Assembly: GCA_963783075.1 (NCBI GenBank)
Contig: CAWAMF010000008.1
Span: 72,543-136,542, forward strand
DNA length: 64,000 bases
Direction: 5' to 3'
Source of the DNA: an uncultured Gammaproteobacteria bacterium
GTDB taxonomy: Bacteria; Pseudomonadota; Gammaproteobacteria; Xanthomonadales; Rhodanobacteraceae
Shown here: piece by piece, positions 1 through 8,682 of the stretch
How positions within the stretch are numbered: the stretch's first letter is position 1
How the letters are laid out: each line of letters begins with the position of its first letter
The notes under the pieces: generated by a model
The model's database searches: none
What the model was told of the DNA's origin: nothing
The model's input: only the letters and a program-made list of their open reading frames with translations
Position numbers and translations under genes: made by a program

Positions 1-719
1 CCGCGCTTGCCGTCGCTGCCGCAGTTGTTGTTGCCGTAGGTGTCGATGCGCTGCGCGATCGCGTAATTGAACGGGATATAGAGCTGCGAGGGGTCGGCGA
101 ACGCGTTGCCGCTGAACATGTCGAAGAAGCGTGGCTTCGGATCCCAGTTCTCGGTGACGCCCACGATGCGGTATGGCCGGTCATCCAGCGTGATCTGCCG
201 ACCGACGCTGTTTTCGCCCGCAAAAAGTTTCTGGTTGAGGCTGCGGCTGATCACCACCACCGGCTCGCGTGACTCGTCCTGCTCGGCACCCCACGCGGCG
301 CCGTACTGGAACGGCACATCGAACATGCTGAAGAAGTCGCCGGTGGTGGCATAGCCGGTGGCCTTGAACGGCATCCGGTGGGCGTCATCAGGCATCACCG
401 ACAAACCCACCATGAACAGCAACGTCTGGCGCACCGCCTTGTGCGCGCGCAGCAGTGCCATCGCGTCGGTGTAGTTGAGCGCCTCCGGCGGCTCGCCATG
501 GCGATTGTATTGCGGGCCGCGGTTATCGATTTGCGGCACGAACAATTGCGAGGACTTCTGCGGTATCGGATCGCCCGACACCGCACGAAACACTGCATAA
601 GTCACCATCGACGCGGCGACGCCAAATCCAATCGACATGATCATCAACGCAGTCAGCAGCGGATTGCGCCGCAGGCTGGATGCGCCCAGTCGAAGGTTAT
701 GGATAAACATGCCACTCAT
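1..719 (-). CDS. ABC transporter permease, FtsX/MacB family (N-terminal ~240 codons only; gene continues past the left edge)
   Basis: The minus-strand frame stays open from the window edge to ATG 719 (alternative ATG 710). It is absent from the ORF track because it runs off the edge. The N-terminus MSGMFIHNLRLGASSLRRNPLLTALMIMSIGFGVAASMVTYAVFRAVSGDPIPQKSSQLFVP is, by eye, a close paralog of the 2033-3346 permease, including the ...YGNNNC... periplasmic segment. Confidence 0.8.
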   Translation of the reverse strand, partial: MSGMFIHNLRLGASSLRRNPLLTALMIMSIGFGVAASMVTYAVFRAVSGDPIPQKSSQLFVPQIDNRGPQYNRHGEPPEALNYTDAMALLRAHKAVRQTLLFMVGLSVMPDDAHRMPFKATGYATTGDFFSMFDVPFQYGAAWGAEQDESREPVVVISRSLNQKLFAGENSVGRQITLDDRPYRIVGVTENWDPKPRFFDMFSGNAFADPSQLYIPFNYAIAQRIDTYGNNNCGSDGKR

Positions 720-788
720 GACCACCTCATTGCGTCCACGGCCTCCGCCATTGCCCAACTTTCCTTGAGTCGTTCGCTCGGCATCGCC

Positions 789-2021
789 TCAGACCGACCG
801 CGTGGCCTCAACCGGCGGCACGCGCGAAGCGCGCATGGCCGGCGCGAGCACGGCACCCTGCCCCAGCAGCAACAGGGCCACCACACCCGCGAGCACATAA
901 ACCATCGAGAGTCGTGCCATCTCAAACTGCGTGACCAGCCACAGATTCATGCCAATGGCGAGCAGCGCGCCCACCACCACGCCGCCGATGCCGATCAGCA
1001 GGTTCTCGGTAAGGAAGTAGCTGAGGATGTCGCGCTGCGTTGCGCCCAGCGCGCGTCGCACACCAATTTGCTTGCGACGCTGACCCACCCAGAAACTGGT
1101 GAGGCCCACGATGCCCGCGGCAGTGATGCCCAGCAGCACCAGGCAAACCACGCCCATCAGGATCGCCATGCCACGGTCGCTCTTGTAAGCCTGCGCACGC
1201 ACCACGTCGTACGTACGTATGCCACGCTCCGACGGAATCACGCGCATGCGATTGAGCTTGTACAGCGCTTCGGGCACCGACTTGGTAATGGCGGCCAGTT
1301 GGCCAGGCTTGCTGCGGATCAGGTAGGAGGTGCCGCCGCCGGTAAGCTGATACGGCTCCAGCACGGCGTTGTCCAGGAACGTATCGGACCAGGTGCTGTT
1401 CCACGGCACTTCCAGCCGCTCGACGATGCCGATGATGGTGCTGGGGTTCGTGCCGTCATCGACGTACACCACCTTGCCCAGGCCCGACCCATCGGGGAAT
1501 AGTTTGTCGGCCAGCGTCTTGCTCACGATGATCTGCGGCGCCGACACCACGGCCTTGGGATCAATCTCCTTGATTTCGTCGGAGCGGAAGTTGCGACCGG
1601 CCACCAGCTTCACGCCCATGGTCGCCAGTGCGTGATCGTCGACGAAATACTGCGTGGTATGCGTCTCGGACTTCTTCGCGTCGGGATTGATGCGCACACC
1701 GGTGGACCAGCCGCCACCGCGCAGCGGGTAGGAGTTGATCGAAATCGCATCCTGCACCCCGGGCAGCTCGCGAATTGCCTGCACGTCGGCACGCACCAGC
1801 GGGCCGGTTTTCTCGTCGTCTACGCCCACCCAGCGGTTCTGGATGGTCAGCAGGTTTTCCTCGGTCAGCCCGGTGGGCCGTGCAATGCGATCGAGACGCT
1901 GCTGGATGATGAACAACGCGTTGCACACGATGGCCAGGGTCAGCGCGATCTGGAGCGCGATAAGAATCGTACCGGCCTTGTGACGCTTGAGCGCGGCGAG
2001 AATGGGCTTGATCTGCAGCAT
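789..2021 (-). CDS. ABC transporter permease, FtsX/MacB family
   Basis: The ORF is 789-2054. The preferred start is ATG 2021 (MLQIKPILAALKRHKAGT...), 12 nt after the upstream permease stop, with GAGG about 10 nt upstream. It has an N-terminal TM helix, a large periplasmic domain and a C-terminal FtsX-type helix bundle (GVRRALGATQRDILSYFLTENLLIG). Confidence 0.8.
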   Translation of the reverse strand: MLQIKPILAALKRHKAGTILIALQIALTLAIVCNALFIIQQRLDRIARPTGLTEENLLTIQNRWVGVDDEKTGPLVRADVQAIRELPGVQDAISINSYPLRGGGWSTGVRINPDAKKSETHTTQYFVDDHALATMGVKLVAGRNFRSDEIKEIDPKAVVSAPQIIVSKTLADKLFPDGSGLGKVVYVDDGTNPSTIIGIVERLEVPWNSTWSDTFLDNAVLEPYQLTGGGTSYLIRSKPGQLAAITKSVPEALYKLNRMRVIPSERGIRTYDVVRAQAYKSDRGMAILMGVVCLVLLGITAAGIVGLTSFWVGQRRKQIGVRRALGATQRDILSYFLTENLLIGIGGVVVGALLAIGMNLWLVTQFEMARLSMVYVLAGVVALLLLGQGAVLAPAMRASRVPPVEATRSV

Positions 2022-2032
2022 GGTCAAAAGCC

Positions 2033-3346
2033 TCAATTGGATTTCAGCTGCCACGCAGGTTGTACCTGCGCCGCCCGCCAGGTGGGATAGAACGCCGCCA
2101 GCATGGTTGCCAGCACGGCGACCAGCAGGGTCAGGGCAATCAGCGAACCGTTGAGCGTGGCTAGCCGCGCGATATCCGGATCGAATACCAGGGTCACGCC
2201 AAGCACGCCCACGCCGGTCAGCAGCAGACCGAGCAAGCCGCCGGCCAGACCCACCGTGCCCGCCTCGATCAGGAACTGCGCGTAGATTTCGTTGCGCGAT
2301 GCGCCCAGCGCACGACGCACGCCGATTTCAGGCGCACGCTTCATGAACTTCGCCAGCAGCAAGCCCACCGTGTTGACCAGGCAGATCAGCAGGAAACCCA
2401 GCGACACCAGCAGCGACACCTTGGCCTCCTGTGGCACCACTTTCTCGTGCTCCAGCCATTTCGGCACGTCGTACAAGCGCACGTTCGGCGCCCAGGTGAA
2501 GCGACCGCTGCGCCGCTGTTCGGCGGCGTAACCACGCAGGTATTGGCGGAAGGTGTCCGCTTCGGCGGTGGACGGCAGCTCCGCCCAGTACTGGATCCAC
2601 ACGCATTCGGATCGAACCCAGGCGTCCCAGCCCTCACCCGAATGCTTGTTGCAGTTGTTGTTGCCATTGGTCGCCATCTTCAGATCGATGGCGCGGGTAA
2701 ACGGGATGAACATCTGCACGGGGTCGCCAAAGCCCGAGGTATTGACCGGATCGAAGAACAGCGGCTGCGGGTCCCAGGTATCCATCACGCCGGTTATGCG
2801 GTAGTTGCGGCCGTCGAGATTGATCTCGCGACCCACGCTGTTGGCACCTCGAAACAGCTTGTCGTTGAGCGTGCGACCAATCACCACCACCGCAGCATGG
2901 GCGTTGTCATCCGACGCCTGCCAGCCGCCGCCATACAGGAACGGAATCTCGAACATCGGAAACGCATCGGCGTAGACCGCGTAGCTGTCCTCGCGCACCG
3001 GCAGCATGCTGGCGTCAGCCGGAATCACCGAAGGTGCCACCGGGTATAACGCAGTCTGCCGCTTGGCGCGGTGATCGCGCATCAAGCCCATCGCATCGGT
3101 GTAGCTCATCGCTTCCGGCGGCTCGCCCTTGTTCTGCGCGGCATCTTCTGGTCCCCAGTTGTCGATCAGCGGCACGAACAGCTGCGAGGACTTGTTGGGG
3201 ATGGGGTTGTTGGAGGTGGCCCGGAATACCGAGTAGGTGGTCATCGATGCGGCCACGCCGCAACCGATCGCCATCACCATCAGCGCCGTCAGCAGCGGAT
3301 TCTTGCGGAGACTGCGCAAACCAAGCTGGAAGTAATAGGCAAACAT
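2033..3346 (-). CDS. ABC transporter permease, FtsX/MacB family
   Basis: This is a 437-aa ORF with an ATG start. It has an N-terminal TM (LRSLRKNPLLTALMVMAIGCGVAA), a ~250-aa periplasmic domain and a C-terminal FtsX module (GVRRALGASRNEIYAQFLIEAGTVGLAGG). Confidence 0.85.
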   Translation of the reverse strand: MFAYYFQLGLRSLRKNPLLTALMVMAIGCGVAASMTTYSVFRATSNNPIPNKSSQLFVPLIDNWGPEDAAQNKGEPPEAMSYTDAMGLMRDHRAKRQTALYPVAPSVIPADASMLPVREDSYAVYADAFPMFEIPFLYGGGWQASDDNAHAAVVVIGRTLNDKLFRGANSVGREINLDGRNYRITGVMDTWDPQPLFFDPVNTSGFGDPVQMFIPFTRAIDLKMATNGNNNCNKHSGEGWDAWVRSECVWIQYWAELPSTAEADTFRQYLRGYAAEQRRSGRFTWAPNVRLYDVPKWLEHEKVVPQEAKVSLLVSLGFLLICLVNTVGLLLAKFMKRAPEIGVRRALGASRNEIYAQFLIEAGTVGLAGGLLGLLLTGVGVLGVTLVFDPDIARLATLNGSLIALTLLVAVLATMLAAFYPTWRAAQVQPAWQLKSN

Positions 3347-3412
3347 CGTGATCCGCTCAGGAGGTGATGACGACCTCCCGCCGAAGCGGGAGGTGCGCGA
3401 TTTATGGCTGCA

Positions 3413-4135
3413 TCAGGCCGTCGTGTTGGCGCGTGCCGACGTCACCGCGTGATGGAAGCGCGGGTCTTCCGCCAGATCCACCACCTGGCCGTCGATGATG
3501 TGCACGTTGCGCTGCGCGCGCGCGGCCAGTTCCGGGTCATGCGTCACCATGACGATGGTGGCGCCCTCGCGATGAATCTCTTCGAGCAGCTCCATCACGC
3601 CACGGGCCATCTGCGTATCGAGGTTGCCGGTCGGTTCGTCAGCCAGCAGCAGGCGCGGCGAACCAGCCAGCGCGCGGGCAATGGCCACACGCTGCTGCTG
3701 ACCACCGGAGAGCTCGGCCGGATAGTGCTTGGCACGCGAGGCCAGGCCCACGCGCTCGAGCGCATTCATGATGCGCTCCTTGCGCTCGGCCGCCTTCATG
3801 CCGCGATAGCGCAACGGCACTTCGACGTTGTCGAACACGTTGAGGTCGGGAATGAGGTTGAACGCCTGGAAGATGAAGCCGATCTTCTCGTTGCGGATGC
3901 GCGAACGCTCGTTGTCGTTGAGGTTGCTCACCTCGACGCCGTCCAGGTGGTACTGACCACCCGTGAACGTTTCCAGCAGGCCGGCGATGGTGAGGAAGGT
4001 GGTCTTGCCCGAACCGGACGGACCGGTCACGGCCACGAACTCGCCTTCGTTCACGTTGATATTGAAATCGCGCAGTGCATAGGTCTCCACCACTTCGGTG
4101 CGGTAGACCTTGGACAGGTGGGTCATCTTGAGCAT
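3413..4135 (-). CDS. ABC transporter ATP-binding protein (MacB/LolD-type)
   Basis: It carries Walker A GPSGSGKTT, ABC signature LSGGQQQRVAIARAL, Walker B LLLADEPTGNLD and H-loop VTHD. Confidence 0.95.
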   Translation of the reverse strand: MLKMTHLSKVYRTEVVETYALRDFNINVNEGEFVAVTGPSGSGKTTFLTIAGLLETFTGGQYHLDGVEVSNLNDNERSRIRNEKIGFIFQAFNLIPDLNVFDNVEVPLRYRGMKAAERKERIMNALERVGLASRAKHYPAELSGGQQQRVAIARALAGSPRLLLADEPTGNLDTQMARGVMELLEEIHREGATIVMVTHDPELAARAQRNVHIIDGQVVDLAEDPRFHHAVTSARANTTA

Positions 4136-4160
4136 GGTTGTTCCTCAGTGGTGGTTTTTA

Positions 4161-4230
4161 CCCCTCCCCCTGCTCGCAGGGGGAGGCTGGGAGGGGGTGA
4201 AGACCCTCCCCTGCAAGCAGGGAAGGGAGA
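4161..4230. repeat. Intergenic G/C-rich palindromic repeat, family B (CCCCTCCCCTGC...GCAGGGGAGG type)
   Basis: The hairpin cccctccccctgctcgcagggggagg is followed by ctgggagggggtg...ccctcccctgcaagcagggaaggg. Related copies lie at 8268-8300, 20633-20730, 21772-21885, 32986-33013 and 40813-40945. Confidence 0.7.
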
Positions 4231-4235
4231 ATTCA

Positions 4236-5549
4236 CTAGTTGCTGATGGCGACGCGTGCGGCGCCCTTGAAGCTGTCGGTGCCGGAGATCACGATGTTGT
4301 CGCCTGCCTTCAGGCCATCGAGAATTTCAACCTTGTCGATGCTGCTGGCACCCACGCGGATCGGGTGCTTCTCCGCGACGCCGTCGTGGACGATGTAGGC
4401 ATAGCTGCCACCGGATTCGTCGACGAACGAGCCGCGCTGCACGGTGAGCACGTTGTCGCGCTTGTCGAGCAGGATGCGCACCGACAGGCGCTGGTTCTGA
4501 CGCAGCTGCTTGGGCGTGGCGCCATCGAAGCGTAGGCGCGCGGCCACTTCGCCGTTGACCACCTCGGGCGAGATGGCGCTGACCAGGCCCTTCCAGACGG
4601 TGCCGTTGCCGCTGATCTCGCCGCCCATGCCGATGCCCAGATCACGCGCGAAACTTTCCGGCACCTTCATTTCCACTTCCAGCGCGGACAGGTCGATGAC
4701 GCTGAGCAGCTGGGCGTCCTTGGCCACAGTGGCGCGCTCGGCAATAAACAGTTGGCCGACCTGGCCGTCCACCGGCGACTTCACGTTGAGGTCGTCCACC
4801 TGGCGCTGCAGGTCTTTCACCAGCAGCAACTGGCGATCGTGCGCGAGCTTCTTGGACTGGATATCGAAGTTGAGGCTATCGGAATTGGTGGCCAGGTCAG
4901 CCTTGGCATGCACCAGCGTGATGCGCGACTTTTCCAGCTCGTCCTTGGCCTTGTCCACGTTCATGCTGGGCACGGCGCCCTGGGTGAACGCCTTCTGGTA
5001 GCGCGCGAGATCACGTTCGGCGCCCTGCTCGTCGATCTGGGCGTTGTCGTAGGCCTTCTGCAGCTCGCCGCGCGCCTTGGTCGCGTCGATCTGCGCGCGC
5101 ATATAGTCCACCTGCATGGCGTCGGCGGCGCTCTCTTCCTGCGCCAGCTTGTTGGTGAGCTCGGGGCTGTCGATGACGGCGAGTACCTGCTGCTTCTTCA
5201 CCGCGTCGCCCGCATGCACCTTCAAGGTCACCGCACCGCCATAGGTGGCGTACAGCGTCGGACTCACCGCGGCGACCACCTTGCCCTCGGCTGCGATATC
5301 GCGCACGAACGGCCCGCGTTCCACCGTGGCAAACGCCAGGCGCGAGCTGCTCACCGAGGCATCAGCGGAAAACAGCCTGCCAATGTGCGGACCGAACAGC
5401 GCAAGCAACGCCAGCACGGCCACGCCGCCGCCGATCCAAAGCATGCGGCGCTTGCGATTGGGTTTGACCTCGACCAGGCGGTCTTGAGCGGAGGTGTCGC
5501 GAATCATCGATATGTCCCTGGCCGCGGACAGTGCGGCCCCTGGGTCCAT
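4236..5549 (-). CDS. Efflux periplasmic adaptor (HlyD/MacA-type membrane fusion protein)
   Basis: This 437-aa ORF has an N-terminal membrane anchor (MLWIGGGVAVLALLALF), a long coiled-coil-like middle (QVDYMRAQIDATKARGELQKAYDNAQIDEQGAERDLARYQKAF) and a beta-rich C-terminus. It is the first gene of the exporter operon. The start could also be ATG 5507. Confidence 0.85.
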   Translation of the reverse strand: MDPGAALSAARDISMIRDTSAQDRLVEVKPNRKRRMLWIGGGVAVLALLALFGPHIGRLFSADASVSSSRLAFATVERGPFVRDIAAEGKVVAAVSPTLYATYGGAVTLKVHAGDAVKKQQVLAVIDSPELTNKLAQEESAADAMQVDYMRAQIDATKARGELQKAYDNAQIDEQGAERDLARYQKAFTQGAVPSMNVDKAKDELEKSRITLVHAKADLATNSDSLNFDIQSKKLAHDRQLLLVKDLQRQVDDLNVKSPVDGQVGQLFIAERATVAKDAQLLSVIDLSALEVEMKVPESFARDLGIGMGGEISGNGTVWKGLVSAISPEVVNGEVAARLRFDGATPKQLRQNQRLSVRILLDKRDNVLTVQRGSFVDESGGSYAYIVHDGVAEKHPIRVGASSIDKVEILDGLKAGDNIVISGTDSFKGAARVAISN

Positions 5550-5680
5550 GTCAGCAAGCCGCGTGCCAACTGAAAATCGATGATTTATATGTTTGGTTTT
5601 AGGTACTTAGAGTTGACCCCGCGGACCGCAGCGCTGTCCGCGGACACCTTCACGGACAGACGGACAAGCGTCCGGACGAT

Positions 5681-6271
5681 TCAGCCTGGAAACGGCTCCA
5701 GCTCCACCGCCGCCGCCCGGGCAGCCTCGCGGGCCACGCCGCAGCCCACGGCCGACAAACGTCCCAACGGCGTGGCCTCGAGCAGGTCGAGCCCACCGAG
5801 CCGACGGGTGCCAAAACACACCAGTTCCGCGCTGGCCGCGCGGCAGGCCAGCCGTTCCGGTTGCAGCGGCGCGGACGGCAACGCCCTGCCCTGGGCAAGC
5901 AAGGCATCCCAGGCCAGGTAATCGGTGTCGGGCAGCAGATGCAGCCGCGCGCAAAAGTGGCCGTTGGCATCCATGCAGTCGATCCATTCGCGCGGGCCAT
6001 CGGCGCCAATCATGCTGGCCACCAACAGTTCATGCGTATGCAGCAAGCCGATCAGTTCACGCCGCTCCACCACCCAGCCGGGCGGTACGGGAAGATCGAG
6101 CTGGGCCGGCGATCGCGCCGGCAGGTACAACACACCGCCGAGCACCGGCAGGCGGGTCGCCAATTCGGGGCCGGTCATGGGCACCGAGCAACGACTGATG
6201 GCGCAGCCCGCCGCATCACTGGATGACCGGGCCGAGGCAAAGGCATGGGCGAGCCAGCCGAGCATCGTCAT
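5681..6271 (-). CDS. Hypothetical protein, possible single-domain HemS/ChuS/PhuS-like heme-binding protein
   Basis: The ATG has an AGGAG just upstream (a second ATG at 6265 is better spaced). The segment IDCMDANGHFCARLHLLPDTDYLAWDALLAQG resembles, from memory, the conserved ...FDHQGDALHKVYV..TD.PAWEALLAQF segment of HemS-family proteins. The gene lies directly downstream of hemP. Confidence 0.45.
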   Translation of the reverse strand: MTMLGWLAHAFASARSSSDAAGCAISRCSVPMTGPELATRLPVLGGVLYLPARSPAQLDLPVPPGWVVERRELIGLLHTHELLVASMIGADGPREWIDCMDANGHFCARLHLLPDTDYLAWDALLAQGRALPSAPLQPERLACRAASAELVCFGTRRLGGLDLLEATPLGRLSAVGCGVAREAARAAAVELEPFPG

Positions 6272-6410
6272 TCTCCTGACTGAAAGGCGACCTGGCTGGC
6301 GTTCCGCAGGAACCGCGTGGCGATAGGCCTCGAAGGGTGTTCCGGCGTGCAGGCCGGCGATGGGAGGCGGGCGTCCTTGCCCATGAAGCAGTCCATCGGG
6401 GGGAGCCGCA

Positions 6411-6632
6411 CTACTTGGTCAAAATCAGCTTGTCGTTGCGGGTAAGGCGCAGGTGGTACTCGCTGCCCTCGTGCTGGATCACCAGCTCGCGCTCACCCTT
6501 CAGCAGCAGCTGGCTGGAAACACGCCGGACGGCCGGAGCCTCGGGCGCCAACGCCTGCTTCAGGCTGAGCAGTCGGAAAGTACGGGCCGGTGCCTCGGCA
6601 CCGAGCGGCAAGGAGAGGACGCTCGTCGTCAT
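6411..6632 (-). CDS. hemP: Hemin uptake protein HemP
   Basis: This 73-aa ORF ends in the typical HemP C-terminus ...LLLKGERELVIQHEGSEYHLRLTRNDKLILTK. GGAG lies 9 nt upstream of the ATG, and a Fur box overlaps its promoter. Confidence 0.85.
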   Translation of the reverse strand: MTTSVLSLPLGAEAPARTFRLLSLKQALAPEAPAVRRVSSQLLLKGERELVIQHEGSEYHLRLTRNDKLILTK

Positions 6633-6663
6633 GGTGGCGCTCCACAGTCGGTAGTGACGACTT

Positions 6664-6692
6664 GATGATAATGATTCTCATTTAAGTGTCAA
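6664..6692 (-). promoter_or_regulatory. Sigma-70-like promoter overlapped by a Fur box, upstream of hemP
   Basis: On the minus strand the sequence reads TTGACA (6692-6687), a 16-nt spacer, then TATCAT (6670-6665). The segment 6667-6685, GATAATGATTCTCATTTAA, matches the Fur consensus GATAATGATAATCATTATC at 14 of 19 positions (counted by eye). Confidence 0.6.
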
Positions 6693-6720
6693 CTACCCTC
6701 CACTGCGCCACCCAGCCGGC

Positions 6721-7617
6721 TCAGCGCGAGGGTTTTCCCGGCTCAACTGGCGCTGCCCTCTCCTTGGCGAGGCGAGCCTCCAACTTCGCGCGTCCCTCTG
6801 CCGCATAGCTGCGACAAGCGCCGGTATCGATCACCCGGTCAGGCCGCACGCCGGCGTCACGTCGCGCCACCCTGTCCAGGAAATCACTCTGCTCGGGATG
6901 CGGCGTGATCAGGATGTCGCACGGCAACCCCGCAATGACGTCGATCCCGTGCTGGAAATCCTCCACTCGATGCGGATGGGTTGCGTCATCCGTGAAATGG
7001 AAACCGTCTGCACTGATTGGAGAAAGGCTGTCGGCGTACACCATGTTCTCGCAGCGACCGGCGTCGCATGCCTGCCACGTCCAGGTCGTACTGCCTGGCG
7101 TATGTCCCGGTGTGTAGTGCGCGGTAATGGCCAACTCACCCACGCGCACTACACCGCCATCGCGAACTACCGCAACATGGGCCACCGGCGGAAACAAAGG
7201 CGCTTCGCCGTATTGCGGATCTTGTGGATCGGCACCACCCAACATCAGCGCATGCGCCCCCGCTTCACTCGCCTCCACGCGTGCACCACTATCGCGAGCC
7301 AGCGCAGCGATGGCACCCGCATGATCGGAATGCGCGTGTGTGTTGAGGATCAGCTTTACATCCGCGAGACGAAAACCAAGCGCCTTGATATTGGCCTCGA
7401 TCTGCGGCGCGTTGTCCGGCAGCGTGCCGTCGATCAGCACGAGGCCTTGTGATGAGGTAATGAGAATGGCGCTGAGTCCACGTGTACCGACGTAGTACGT
7501 GTTGCCGTAAATGCGAAAAGGCTTTTGCGGCTGAGTCCACTCAGGGTTTCCGGCGTATGCGGATGACATCGTCAGCGCGGCGAGACAGGCGGACAAGGCG
7601 ACGGTGAGTGGCTTCAT
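6721..7617 (-). CDS. Subclass B3 metallo-beta-lactamase
   Basis: The ORF track gives 528 aa, but the upstream ~230 codons read through intergenic repeats. ATG 7617 gives a signal peptide MKPLTVALSACLAALTMSSAYA. B3-type zinc ligand motifs are present: NTHAHSDHAG (HxHxDH), YTPGHTPG and ITPHP. Confidence 0.85.
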   Translation of the reverse strand: MKPLTVALSACLAALTMSSAYAGNPEWTQPQKPFRIYGNTYYVGTRGLSAILITSSQGLVLIDGTLPDNAPQIEANIKALGFRLADVKLILNTHAHSDHAGAIAALARDSGARVEASEAGAHALMLGGADPQDPQYGEAPLFPPVAHVAVVRDGGVVRVGELAITAHYTPGHTPGSTTWTWQACDAGRCENMVYADSLSPISADGFHFTDDATHPHRVEDFQHGIDVIAGLPCDILITPHPEQSDFLDRVARRDAGVRPDRVIDTGACRSYAAEGRAKLEARLAKERAAPVEPGKPSR

Positions 7618-7764
7618 GCGTGAGGTCTCTTTGTGGTGCGTGAGTGTGGGCTGTCGATGCGGCGTGGGGATCGGGTTCTGCAGGGTGAGGGGTGGTTTGG
7701 TGATGCTGACGGGCGGGGTTGGGGCGGGATGCGGGCGGGGTGTGGCATGGGCGGGGCGCTTTAG

Positions 7765-8658
7765 CTCGTCATCCCTGCGGAGGCGCGACAAGCACGCAGC
7801 GCGCTTTTGATCGTCATCCCTGCGAAAGCAGGGACTCAGCGCCTTTGCTCTCGGTTGTGGCGTTATCGCCAGGATGCCGCTTACGCAGCGGGCGTTTCGA
7901 TCGACTGCCGTCGCTCGAGTCACTTTTCTTTGCTGGCCCACGCACGCGCAGGAGCGCGTGCGAACGGCGAAGCCGGCCCGAAGGGCGGAAGGCAGGATGC
8001 CCGGAGTTAAGAAAAGTAACCCAAAGAAATGGCCTTTAGAGCAACGGTAGCGTTGCGTGGGATAGGAGCCAGAGAAGGATCCGGAGCCCGGATTGCGACC
8101 GTCTTCGCCGCCACATAGCCGCTTCACTGCAACGCGCCGGGGCGGAGAAGGCTTAAAGCAGGTGTCGCCGTGACTTGGGTTTGCGTTGCACGTGGGGTTG
8201 ACCGCGCGAAGTTCATGGCTCTGATGGTTACTGGGGCTAGATTGACCCCTCACCACCGTAAAGGTGGCAATGCCCCAGCCCTCTCCCCGCAGGGGAGAGG
8301 GAGCCAAGGCGTGCAGCGCTCCGCTTTAAGTCCTACGCGCATGGGTGCTTTGCAGTGAAGCGGCTATGTAGAGGCGGAGGCGTCCCGCACCGAGGCCCTA
8401 AAGACCGTTCCGGCCTGTATCCAACCCTTTGCCGCGAGCTCCTCAGGCCATTTTCTTTGGGTTACTTTTCTTTTGGGCCAGCAAAAGAAAAGTGACTCGA
8501 GCGACGGCAGCCGATCGAAACGCCCGCTGCGTAAGCGGCAACCTGGCCATAACGCCACAACCAGAGCGCGCAGGCACTGGATGACCAGCTTCGTTGTTGT
8601 AAAGCGCCTCCTGCTTCCGCAGGGATGACGAGTCGAGCGCGCTGCAGGGATGACGAAC
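7765..8658. repeat. Composite nested inverted-repeat block (families B, C and D) filling the MBL-AKR intergenic region
   Basis: The arms 7849-7939 and 8475-8566 are reverse complements over ~90 nt with only a few mismatches by eye. The pairing extends to 8005-8035 vs 8440-8466. The inner pair is 8108-8135 vs 8349-8380. The outer pair consists of gtcatccctgcg motifs at 7768-7840 vs 8610-8658. Confidence 0.8.
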
Positions 8659-8682
8659 AAAGGAACGGCTACCGCGAGCCCC

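Noticed and set aside
7618-8307. The six-frame track shows a 230-codon N-terminal extension of the beta-lactamase ORF (528 aa in total).
   Set aside because: The extension is a translation of the intergenic repeat families B, C and D. A proper signal peptide begins at ATG 7617, which gives the expected ~298-aa precursor.
7765-8658. I considered a CRISPR array, because short palindromic repeats recur here and elsewhere.
   Set aside because: The repeats are not direct repeats of constant length separated by unique spacers of constant length. They are inverted and nested, they are scattered one or two per intergenic region, and no cas genes are present.
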